DNA from: Octopus sinensis
Taxonomy: Eukaryota
Direction of reading: 5' to 3'
Assembly: GCF_006345805.1 (NCBI RefSeq)
Contig: NC_043000.1
Location: 19,902,001-19,966,000 of the forward strand
DNA: 64,000 bases
Shown here: in pieces, positions 52,641 to 64,000 of the stretch
Layout: every line of letters begins with the position of its first letter
How positions within the stretch are numbered: the stretch's first letter is position 1
The notes under the pieces: generated by a model
Told to the model about the DNA's origin: nothing
What the model saw: the letters and a program-made list of their open reading frames with translations, nothing else
Databases searched by the model: none
Program-made: the position numbers and the translations under genes

Positions 52641-54229
52641 CCACCTTCTGTAATATTAATATGATTCTTATGAAGCAAGTGCCATAGAATAAGAGTTAAG
52701 TACCAAATATGTGAAGAAAGCTGTTTGGTTTCAATACCCAATAGAAACTAATTCACTTACATTACTAATGTTCTTGGGGAGGGCATGAACATCACACCCA
52801 CTTCCATTCACCATTATACTGAGTCAAAATGCAACCTTTTGGTTACCTTTCTCTTTCCTCCCCCACCCCAGAACCACTTCCATTCCACATTATATTCCTC
52901 CAGCCATGCTCTCTCTTCTCTGCTGTACTCCATCCTTAACATTTCTTTTATCTACTATCTATCACTCCTAATGCCCTCATATATCTAACATAACCCCTCC
53001 ATTCCTATATCTCTGACTTTCAATTACTTCAGTCGCCTCTATCCCATCTAACCATCTCTCCTCACATTCTTACAAAACTTTCCCCTCTCTCACCTCTGCC
53101 CACTCACACAGTCCAATCCTCTATATCACATCACCTATATTCACTCCTCCTCCACTGTACTTTGAGGGTATATCCTGACATATATCCACCACAATCTTTC
53201 TCTATCTCTAGCTTTTTCTCCAAGTTTCTCTTTCTTTTCTTTCTCCTCTAACTGGGGTATCCTTGTATCTCTTCTACAACAAGACACCTATCTCTATCCC
53301 TCAATTATTCTTTTTAACCTCACATCAACTGGCACAAAGCCACCTCCCTCAATACTACTCTCCATTGTCAAAAAGACTTCTATTCAGTCTTGCAAGTTAC
53401 TTGGTAAACCCATCAGTGCTGGTGCCACAAAAATAGCATCCAATACACTCTGTAAAGTGGTTGGCATTAGGAAGGACATCCAGCCATAGAAACCATGCCA
53501 AAACAGACAAAAAAGCTTGGTACAGCCCTCTGGCTTGCCAGCTCTTGTCAAACCATCCAACCCATGCCAGCATGGAAAACAGATAAATGATAATGATGAT
53601 GATGATGAAGACAATATCTACACACGCACACACATGTTTGTGTTTTGCTGTTTTCTTGCCTTGGCTAGAAGTGATATTTGTAAATAAGTGTCCTTTGTTT
53701 CCAGTCTTCCATGAAAATATGTCTGGTCAGGGGGAAACATAACCTTTCTTGGAAATAGGTGAGGGTTGGTAACAAGAAGGGCATCAAGCTGTAGAAAATC
53801 CACCTCAACAAATTCCATCTGGCTCATAAGAGAATGGAAAAGTGAATGTTAAAATGATGATGACACACAATTGTAAATGTCTGAATGCTTGCAGCAAAAT
53901 ATTGGTTTCTTACAGAGGTACAAAGTCTCGAATTTACGGGAAGTGCACTGTCAATTATGTTGACCCCAGTACTTAACTAGTACTTTTTTATCAGCAATTT
54001 GCATCAATAGGAGTACAGTTTAAAACATCAGTTCCATATAGTGTATATGAAACAAGTCAGTCTGATGTCAAGCCTTGAAAGATTTGAACCAAATATTGTA
54101 AGCTAGGAAAACATTCATTATTCACACAGTTCTACTGCTGCTTACAACAGTATGCTTTAGTTCCACATGGTGCCTCTTTACAAATGAAATTGGACAAATC
54201 AATGAAATTTAGGTGACTGGCCATAAATA

Positions 54230-55512
54230 TTAGGTCGTCAAGAAAGTTCTTGCAGTTTTTAACCTTTAAATTCAGATGCACATATCTCAGCTTAAACAAA
54301 ACTTTATTAATCAAAATAAATACCATCAGAATCAACACACTTTTGCCAATGCAAAACAAGTTTATTTATGCCAGTAGCGTTAAAATCCTGTGTTCTGGTG
54401 GCGATGAAGTCGTTGAAGGCGTGTTTGGCATTGTCTTGGTTTTTTAAGCATTTCTCATGCAGGAAGTTGTCAAGATGCTTGAAAAAGTAGTAATCAGTAG
54501 GTGAGAGGTCTGGTGAGTATAGCGGATGAGGCAGAGTTTCGTAGCCCAATTCGTTCAACTTCTGCAGGGTCAGTTGTGCAACATGCAGCCAAGCGTTGTC
54601 ATGGAGAAGAATTGGTCCTTTTCTATTGACCAATGCTGGCTGTTGTTGTCAGAGTTTCTTATGCATTTCATCCATTTGCTGACAGTACTTCTCCACTGTA
54701 ATGGTTTTGCCTGGATCCAAACAGCTGTGATGGATGAGACTGGCCGCAGACCACCAAACAGTCACTATGACCTTCTTTTGGTGCAACTTTGGCTTTAGGA
54801 AGTGCCATGGAGCTTCATCGGCATCCAACCACTGAGCTGAGCGTCGCTGGTTATCGTAAAGAATCCACTTTCCATCGTAAGTCACAATCCAGTCGAGAAA
54901 CAGGTCATTCTTTTTGCGTAAAAGGGAAAACGACACTTCAAAACAGTGTTTTTTTTGGTTGTCATTCAATTCGTGTGGCACCCATTTCTAAAGTATTTTT
55001 ATCTTTCCAATCTCTTTCAAGTGGTTAAAAATTGTCATATACATTATGTCTAATTCAGAAGCAAGCTCTCGAACAGTTGTGCATGGATTGGCTTCCACTA
55101 AGGCTCTTAGTTGATCGTTGTCAACATCCAATGTCTGACAACTATGCTTACCATCTTCAAGACTCTCATCACCGCTATGAAATTTCTTGAATCACCATTG
55201 TGCTGTACGTTCATTAGTGGTTCCTGGGCCAAATGCATCGTTGATATTGCAAGCTGTTTCAGCAGCTTTTTGGCCTAGCTTGAACTGGAATAAGAAAATT
55301 GTGCGAATTTGCTTTTTGTCCATGTTGTATTCAACATTCCAGAAAAAAATGGCCTAATTATTCAAAAAGAAAAAGTGTAACACAATTCAATAGAGCAAAA
55401 AACGGGTTCTAAAATGATATATAAAGTCAAAGTAATTTAACGAAAATTCATTTGAAATACATCATTTAAAACCAAAATTAAAAATTCCACAAGAACTTTC
55501 TTGACAACCTAA
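54230..55512 (-). mobile_element. Full-length (1283 bp) decayed mariner, cecropia/Hsmar1-like subfamily
   Basis: TIRs TTAGGTCGTCAAGAAAGTTCTTG / CAAGAACTTTCTTGACAACCTAA with TA flanks. MDKKQIRTIFLFQFKLG..AAETA.NINDAFGPGTTNERT, W.PHEL, LLHDNA and YSPDLSPTDY motifs. Confidence 0.94.
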
Positions 55513-56224
55513 TAACAAGACTACAAAAATAATGTGAAGACATGAATCAGCATTTCTCTCAGCCAACAAGCTATTAAACTTAGCCAGTTACAAGTATCCT
55601 TTAAACCATCATATTTTGTAAAAATACACAACATATTATTACTTGTGTCTATGTTTGAAATTATTACTATTGATAAAGTCAGGGACCCATTTGTCTAAGT
55701 CAATCTGTCAGAGTCCATCTGCCTGTCTACAAACATTACTCACAGAATAAGTTAAAACCAAAACTGCTACTGCTTATGGTGGTGAGCTGTTGTTCAAAAC
55801 TCTCTAAGTTCGTGTATCTCTATACAGCTACCTGGACTGAGTCTGTCAAGAATATGAAGACAACACATGCTAGTGATGGCATATGAATCACCAACCTGTA
55901 AGCAGATTGTCTAAGTTGGCTATCCACACTCTCACTTAGCAGCATTCAATGTTACATGCAGAGATCGCTGATTCATATATATTACCTTAATATCTAATCT
56001 TCATTAACCTGCTTCTGACTAAACCACAATCAACCAGTAGCCCACAGCACTTTTTCCTCCCAATATTTGCTAAACATTCCCACCTCGTATTCAAGCCACT
56101 ACAATAAGTTAATTTCTCAGTTTATTAGCACAAACATAACAATAGAAAATAAGATAGAGATAAAGATATATACGTAAAACAAATATTTTCTAAAAATTCT
56201 CACAAAAATTCCTGCTTTACTTAC

Positions 56225-56361
56225 TTATCTCCAGCATACATTCTAGGAACAGCTGTGTTTCCACTTTTTGATTCTGAATTCTCAGAGCTGAGATCTAATT
56301 GAAGGTATGTTCTTTCACAAACACCCCTCAACAAAACTTCAGCCAGCTGGCGGGAAAGAAT
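56225..56361 (-). CDS. TTC7: TTC7 internal exon (137 nt): ILSRQLAEVLLRGVCERTYLQLDLSSENSESKSGNTAVPRMYAGD
   Basis: Acceptor gatatttag, donor AA/gtaagt. Resembles TTC7B IARQLAEILLRGMCEQSY...RVYSGE. Ends in phase 2, matching the next exon. Confidence 0.93.
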
Positions 56362-56694
56362 CTAAATATCACAAAACTTTAAAATTACTAAAAAAGTAAT
56401 AACACAGAGATACAATTGCATAGATACGGCTATTATTTGAACAATTAGAAGTTATAGATATAATGTTATTCATCTTAATGCTTGAATAATGAGATTTATA
56501 GAAAATACTAAGAAATTCTGAAGTAATCCAAGAACTAATAAACAGATGTTACATAATACAAATAGATTATATTTTTTTAATGTTTGAATCATGAGAGAGA
56601 ACTTGAGATGTGATAGATGCACAGGGGTAATTATCTGTAACAATGAAATGAAATCTATTAACTAGTCAGATGGCTTACTAAACACAGCTGATAT

Positions 56695-56960
56695 TTTATG
56701 CCACCTAGATGATCTAATTAGTGTAGGAGGGGAGGGTGGTGGCAAGTGAAGTGAAAGCTTAGTTGCCAGAGTGAAGAAGAGGTGGAAGAAGTTTCTGGAA
56801 TGGTTACTTATGTTGTCAACAAAGGATTTTTCTCTCCGTGTGAAGAGCAGACAGTATGAATTATATGTAAGAAATGTGATGTTACATGATAGAGAAACAA
56901 GAGTGATGAGTGTGGAATATTTATATAGACTGGAGCAATGTTATGAATGTAATCCATTAA
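56695..56960 (+). mobile_element. Old RTE-1 ORF2 fragment
   Basis: ARVKKRWKKFLEWL..LSTKDFSLRVKSRQYELYVRNVMLH (ORF 56771..57016). Confidence 0.75.
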
Positions 56961-57792
56961 ACATTGTCATCAGCCACCAGATTTTAACTTCTGAATACCT
57001 GTATGTGACTATGTAGGCCAATGCAGGATCTACATGTGCAGATGCAAACTTAGTATTTGTTAATTGTGAAAGTGTCACTGTATTATCAGACATGTAATGC
57101 TAACTGGATGCAAGTGAAAGGAGAGAGCAGCTGATCATTAAATATCTTCAGCTGATGTATGAAGGAATGGTAAATATCTTGGTATTTCTTAAGATGGCAA
57201 ACAGTTGTTTCTATTATTAATGTGTTTAGGGAGTGAGTTCCAAAGGGTTACAGTTTTGGGAAGGATTGGAGAAAGTGTTTAGTACAAGTTTTGATAAGTA
57301 ATATACAATAGAGACAATACCAGGAGGACAGAAAAGTAAATCAAGTAAACTTAAGAGGTACATAACTAGCTAATTCAAACACAGAAGGAACTATTATAGT
57401 AGTGGTAGAAAAGGATATCGAGCATGCCCTCTTACTGTAACAATAAAAAAATTGAAGATACCTACAGTTGAACACATGTTAATGTCTCCATTGGAGCCTG
57501 GTGCAGCCTTCTGGCTCACCAGCCCTCAATCAAACCATCCAATCCATTCCAGCACGGAAAGCGGACATTAAACGATGACAACAATGATGATGATGATGAT
57601 GATGGTCTATGACGTATACTTATTTAATGGTTCTTTATCCATCCCAAAGTTTAACAGTCATCAATAAGTGTGACCTCCACCATGTGGTTATAAGAGGAAA
57701 GAAATTGATCAGGTGCTAGTTTGAAATAAATCTACCAAAGAAGTAAAACACACACAAAGGGTAATGGATAACATTACTAAACAAAATATTAC

Positions 57793-57871
57793 CTGTCGTA
57801 AACTTTGGGTGTAACGAGATTCGACTGCCCGTAGTAGCTCTCGAAATCTGCTAATACCACAGGAGAGTTTT
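57793..57871 (-). CDS. TTC7: TTC7 internal exon (79 nt): KLSCGISRFRELLRAVESRYTQSLRQ
   Basis: Acceptor ttttgcag, donor CAG/gtaata. Peptide resembles TTC7B GVGRFRELLRAVETRTTQNLR. Confidence 0.93.
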
Positions 57872-59456
57872 CTGCAAAATATTCAGACATGATAACATTA
57901 GCAATGATTTCAACAGGATTAATGGAAAGAAATTAAGAATGTTCAGTTGTGTTGAAAGTAGATAAATCAGGCAATATTATAACTCCTAAAAGAAGTATGA
58001 AGAAAGGCAAAAATTGGAAATATTGGCAAAGTAAAATGATTTTTCAGTTTTCAAGAAAATAGAATGTAAATTAGTAAGATCAGATTAGAAAGATTATATA
58101 GGCTTGTGTCCTATTAGAAGCTGAGTAAAATTTCATATTCCATCATTTAACATCTCCAATGGAAATGCTAAGCAACAGCTTAGTGATGAGCCAGTACCTA
58201 TAACTATATTCTTTTATATAACTATAATAGTATTCTTTTATTCTTGCACTGGTTTCACTTGGTGAACTATGGTCATGCTAGAACCCTACCTTCCAGTATA
58301 CAACCAAACATATTGATACCAACACTGACTTTATCAACTGATACTTATTTTATAGAACATAAAGGCTCATAGTAGATCATTTCAGTTAAAAACTGTTAAT
58401 GTGTACCCTTTCAGCACCAACCTGTCTGAAACCACCCCTGGCTCTATGATACAAATTTCCTGTTTTAAAATTAATCTAAATTAGAACATTCTATCAAAAT
58501 TTCATATTAAATTATGTTCCAAACACCAGCTTAATAACGAAAAGTTATTTTAATGTATTCTTTATTATTCTCTAAATTTATTGAAATAAGACTGTGTATT
58601 CAAACAAAAATGTAATAACAAAGGGATTGATAATAAACTTTATTCATGACTTGAGCTCTTCATTTGTAGTAAAATATATGACTTTTCATTTCTCATATTG
58701 GAACAAGGCCACAAATATTTAAGAAGCAAATATAGGTGATTGGAATAACTTCAGTATATATCTGATAATTAATCTACCATGATGATGATGATGACTCTAG
58801 AGGGATGAAAAGCAATGTCAATTTTGATGGGATTTGAACTCAGAGGTAACTAAATCCAAGTTATTTACTCAGGCACTACACTCTTTCTGCCATTGTCCTG
58901 CCTTAGATACATGAATATTAAGATATACTACGTCAAAAGGATATTGCTTACATCAATTATTAGCATACTGGAAAACCTGAATTAAACAGGAAGTGAACAG
59001 CTGATACAAACAAGTTATATAGCATTTTGAATGTAATTTAGATAAATATGTATGTCATCAATATAAATGTATTCCAATCAAATGCAAAGATAGAATATTT
59101 AAATATAGAGCAAGTTTCAGAATGGAAATGTCTAAATTCACTAAAGAAATAAATACAAAGTAGACGTAATGGAGAAAAATAATTGGCTTTATTGATCATA
59201 CCCAATGTAGTAAACAATATGAATGTGGTTCATTTACTCATCCTCATTATATAATTGTTCCTTATTTTATCAATTCATGGGAAATGAATGGTAACATTAA
59301 CTGAAAAATAAAGTGAACTCACTCTATTTTACAACCATTTTATAATATGAAAATACATTTAAATCCAATGGCTTCACAGGGTAAAGGGATTTGAACATGG
59401 ATAGTAATAAAGGAAGTTAATTTAAATTCATCATTGAACAGAACCCTATCACTTAA

Positions 59457-59677
59457 CCCTTTAGCATTCAGATAACTCTGTCAAATGTAATGCTGATTCA
59501 TTAAAATTTTTTAAAAATTAATCATGTATTATTTCACAGCTTCAAGATTTCAGTGATATGGTAGCTTACTTTGAGAATAACATTGTAGGGTAGGTATGAG
59601 AGGCTTGATCTGGTTGGTTTCAACATGAAACTAGTAGAATATTTGGGCCAGATATGGCCAGTTTGAATGTTAAAGGA
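59457..59677. mobile_element. piggyBac-like MITE
   Basis: TTAA flanks, CCCTTTAGCATT terminus. Confidence 0.8.
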
Positions 59678-59895
59678 TTAAAGCAGCACGTATGTAGCCC
59701 TTCAGTTCATCAAGTGAGAATAGGACCAAATTATCTGGGATAATATGACTTATAATTGATGAGTGTTCCAATTAAGAACCTACTTGAGGTATTTGAATAA
59801 CATGACTAGGATTTGTAAGGCTGAGACTTGGAGGCCATGGCAAGAAGCCAACCAGACATGACATATATTTACAATATGTACATCAACATAACTAA

Positions 59896-59938
<43 letters not shown>

Positions 59939-59943
<5 letters not shown>

Positions 59944-62595
59944 CTCAGCCGGGGCTACTGGAGGGGCAGAAAGACCGATTCTATGACACCCTATTGCAGA
60001 CTACCTCGTTGACGAATGACAGAGACCTTTTTGTGGCTGGTGATTTCAATGGACATGTTGGACAACGTGCAGGGGGCTTCCATGGCATACATGGAGGCTA
60101 TGGTTTTGGTTCCCGCAATGAGGAGGGAACCAGGTTGCTGGAGTTCTACGATGCAAATGATCTTATGGTTTGCAATACCAACTTCAGGAAACCCACCCAT
60201 CACCTAGTCACTGGCAGACACACTAGCCAAATTGACTATATCCTCGCCAGAAAAAGGGAAAGAGGGCTGCTTATAAATGCCAAAACCTTCCCAGGCAAAG
60301 AATGTACCCCTCAACATAGATTAGTAGTTAGCGACTTCAGGATCGGGGCTGAATGGATGCCCAGAAGAAGACCAGCCTGGAGGAGAGGGGTCTGGAAACT
60401 TAAAGATCCTGCAAATGGGCAGAGATTTAGAAACGTATTACTTGAAGCCTTTGATGAAATAGAAGGGGATATAGCATCACATAATGTGGAAGACAACTGG
60501 AGATTTCTACAGGACAACCTGCCGAGAGCCACTGACCAGATCTGTGGCTGGTGCAAAGTCCCCACTCGACCCAAGGTAACGTGGTGGTGAAACAATGTGG
60601 TTGACAGGGCTATTAGACAAAAGAGACAGGCTTGAAAGGACTGGAAGAATGGAGGTAGCAAGGAACTGTATCAGACTGCCAGAAGGGAAGCTAGGAGACA
60701 GGTTTATTTAGCCAGAGGGGAAGCAGATAAAAAATTTGCCAATGTTCTGCACCGTGAGGACCAAAGACTTGAGGTATTTCATGTTGCAAGACAGTGTGTG
60801 AGAGAGAATCGTGATGTGGTAGGAGAGAAATGTGTCCGCATGGATGATGGTTCACTTGCGCTAAATGAGGATGCAAAGAGAGAGGTTTGGAGACGCCACT
60901 ATGAAAGGTTGCTGAATAAAGAAAATGAATGGGATAAAGAGAGTCTGCCAAATGTCAACCCAACAGAGGGACAAGCGATCCGAGTTGACAGTTCTTTGGT
61001 AGTTAAGGCAATTAGAAGCATGAAGACAGGGAAAGCCCCAGGCCCATCAGGAATTACTGCAGAGATGCTCAAAATATCTGGCAGTGTTGGCTATAGCCTA
61101 ATCACCCATATAGTTAACCAGGAGATACACGAAGGAGTCATACCCAATGACTGGTATAGCAACATAATAGTCAACTGCTACAAAGGTAAAGGTAACACCC
61201 TAGATACAAATAATTACAGAGGTATCAAGCTGTTGGATCAGGTAATGAAGGTTACGGAGAGGGTCATAGCCCAACTGATTAGGGAGAGAGTCAACTTGAA
61301 TGAGATGCAGTTTGATTTCGTGCCAGGGAAAAGCACCACTGATACCATATTTCTGGTGAGACAGCTGCAGGAGAAATACCTAGCCAAAGATAAGCCCCTG
61401 TACCTGGCTTTCGTTGACATGGAGAAAGCCTTTGACAGGGTCCCCCGATCCCTTATCTGGTGGTCAACGAGGAAACTAGGGATAGATGAATGGCTGGTGA
61501 GAGCTGTGCAAGCCATGTACAGGGACGCTGTAAGTAAGGTGAGGGTTGGCAACGTGTACACAGAAGAATTCAAGGTAGAGGTTGGGGTCCACCAGGGTTC
61601 AGTCCTCAGCCCCCTCCTATTTATCATAGTCCTCCAGGCAATAACAGAGGAATTCAAGACAGGATGCCCCTGGGAGCTCCTCTATGCTGACAACCTTGCT
61701 CTAATTGCTGAGTCACTATCAGAACTGGAGGAGAAGTTTCAGGTGTGGAAGGAGGGTTTAGAATCGAGGGGCCTTAGAGTCAATCTAGCTAAAACCAAAG
61801 TCCTAATAAGTAGGAAGGTAGACAAACCACAAATGCCTTCAGGTAGATGGCCCTGCTCGATCTGTAGAAAAGGCGTAGGTAGAAACTCTATAAGAAGTAC
61901 CCAGTGTAAGCTATGGACACATAAGAGGTGCAGTAATGTCAAAGGAAGGCTAACTGGGAAGATAGTTTTTGTATGTGGCAGATGCTCAGGAGCAATAAAT
62001 ACTGAAAATCTGCAGAAAACAACTTCCGTCACTTTCCAGGGGGAAAAACTAGAAGTATTTGATAGCTTCCATTATCTAGGTGACCAAGTCAGTAGCGGGG
62101 GTGGGTGTGCTGAAAGTGTAACTGCTAGAGTAAGAATAGCCTGGGCAAAGTTCAGGGAGCTCTTACCTCCGCTGGTGACTAAAGGCCTCTCGCTCAGAGT
62201 AAAAGGCAGACTGTATGATGCATGTGTACGAACAGCCATGCTATATGGCAGTGAAACATGGGTCGTGACTGCTGAGGATATGCGTAAGCTCACGAGGAAT
62301 GAAGCCAGTATGCTCCGATGGATGTGTAATGTCAGTGTGCATACTTGACAGAGTGTAAATAGCTTGAGAGAAAAGTTGGACCTAAGAAGCATCAGATGTG
62401 GCATATAGAAGAGACGACTGCGCTGGTATGTTCATGTAGTGAGAATGGGTGAGGATAGCTGTGTGAAAAAGTGCCACACCCTAGCGGTTAAGGGAAACTG
62501 TGGAAGAGGTAGATGTAAGAAGACCTGGGATGAAGTAGTGAAGCATGACCTTTGAACATTAGGCCTCACCAAGGCAATGACTAGTGACCAAAACT
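59939..62595 (+). mobile_element. RTE-clade LINE (family 1), ORF2 with partial APE, RT and PHD-type finger; truncated at both ends and inactivated
   Basis: One frame from YVPQ (59937) through GDFNGHVG, SQIDYIL, NYRGIKLL, AFVDMEKAFDRVPR, GVHQGSVLSPLLF, YADN (61683..61694) and YLGD to RWY.HV. In-frame stops at 60588, 60633, 62346 and later; no frameshift seen. Confidence 0.95.
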
Positions 62596-63538
62596 TTTGA
62601 AAATATACTCTGACAGATTCACCTTGAGCTAAATAAACATCAAGAACAATAACAACTAGTGAAGCTGTGAATATCACTGGAGAAAGCCACAGATGTCACT
62701 AGTAGGTGAGATGAGAGCAAGCAAAGTTAGCAAAGGTATTGTGTTTATGCTTGCAGAAGATCATGCTGTACGTGTGAGATAGATAATAAAGACAATGATA
62801 ATGATGGTAGTGGTTATAATGATGAAGATAATGTGGTGATGCTGAATTTTGTTTAAAAGTATAATAAAAGTAGAAATAAAAAAAAGAGTACTATACAATT
62901 CCAAATTATTCAGTTGTTGATTAAAAATAAAACTAATCTAGGAACTTGAGAGGAATTTTAATAATATTAACTAAAGACAACTTCAAGATCATGATTTCAA
63001 AATCTTCCCACAGTAAATGGACATATAAGCTGAAAAACAATGGAATGTCTGAAATACTGTATTAACTAATTGGGAAATACAAGGAACATGAATGGAAGTG
63101 TGTGTGTGTGCGTGTGTGTGTGCGCGCATGCGTGCGTGCATGTGTATCTACAGCCTAAACACTTAACATTCACAGATAAAGTCTACATAGCTGTTAAATG
63201 TGATACAGGTTAATTAGCTTGAACTAGATGCCACAGAGTGAGTATATAACAACAACGTATAGCGAATGAGTTATTCATTGTTTTGCAACACTGAGTTCAT
63301 TTCCCACTGTGGAGAAAGTTACCTGCAATAGACTAGCATTCAAGAGGATCAATGACTCTCACCTGTCTCTCAGTATGGTAACTGCAGATAAACATTAGCT
63401 CATGAAGCTTTATGATTCCAAAAAGAACTGTATTGGCCTAGTGTCAGACATGTGTTATTGCATGACCATGAAACATGGACAATAAATACCAAAGACCAGG
63501 AATTATTTAAAAAAGAATAAGCCAAATATGCATATTAG

Positions 63539-63763
63539 CCCTTTAGCATTTAAACTAACCATATCTGGCCCAAATTTTCTATTTGTTTTATGTTCAAGCC
63601 AGTAAGATCCAGCCTCTCACACTTACCCTACAATGTCATTCTAAAAATACAAAAATCACATCATTAAAATCTCAACGGTATGAGATAAATAATGCATGAT
63701 TTATTCAAACCAATGTGACTAAGTAAGCATTACATTTGACAGAATAATCTGAATGTTAAGAGG
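63539..63763. mobile_element. piggyBac-like MITE with TTAG on both flanks
   Basis: TTAG/CCCTTTAGCATT ... AATGTTAAGAGG/TTAG; reverse orientation relative to the 59457 copy. Confidence 0.75.
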
Positions 63764-64000
63764 TTAGACGTATAATGTGCACAACAAGTAATTATTAACA
63801 TTATCATGTCACCAAAAAATAGATTTGTGAATTTACCAGTCAATTTTTCTACAGGCCTGCCTTTTACTGCAGTTAAGCCTTATGGGATAAAACCAGAGTC
63901 TTGTTTTTTAATCGCCAAAATATGAAAATATTTCAAGTGATGGGTGTCAACTACCTTAACTGAGTAATTGTGCACGAGAAAGACAAGTTAAATACAAGTG

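Noticed and set aside
59939-62595. Possible APOBEC-like G-to-A hypermutation of the RTE (two TGG to TGA, YADD to YADN)
   Set aside because: Trp-to-stop transitions also occur in both mariners, several changes fit CpG decay, and without a consensus the counts are too few.

Overview
AT-rich, repeat-dense animal genomic DNA. The SINE/LINE and microsatellite repertoire suggests an octopus or other coleoid cephalopod (inferred from remembered family sequences, not database-checked). One host gene is present. Eight short GT-AG exons on the minus strand (57871 to 12582, 853 nt, phases compatible) splice into a continuous frame for the central part of a TTC7A/TTC7B (yeast Ypp1) orthologue, the TPR scaffold of the PI4KIII-alpha complex. 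The gene extends beyond both window ends. Everything else is intronic: a frame-intact but dead RTE LINE with a PHD-type finger inside its RT, a second RTE family with a twin-priming-like inversion, a CR1 LINE, two full-length decayed mariners, DD37D/maT transposon pieces, two Helitron relics, piggyBac-like and Tc1/mariner MITEs, foldback elements, several tRNA-derived SINE families, Penelope-type remnants with degenerate minimal hammerhead ribozymes, and long microsatellites. Almost all ORF-track entries are microsatellite or antisense artefacts. I found no prokaryotic-type system or CRISPR array and do not claim a new biological system. The best leads are retroelement mechanics (5' inversion in an RTE, tandem amplification of the RTE 3' UTR, association with (TA)n, hammerheads) and intronic dsRNA potential.
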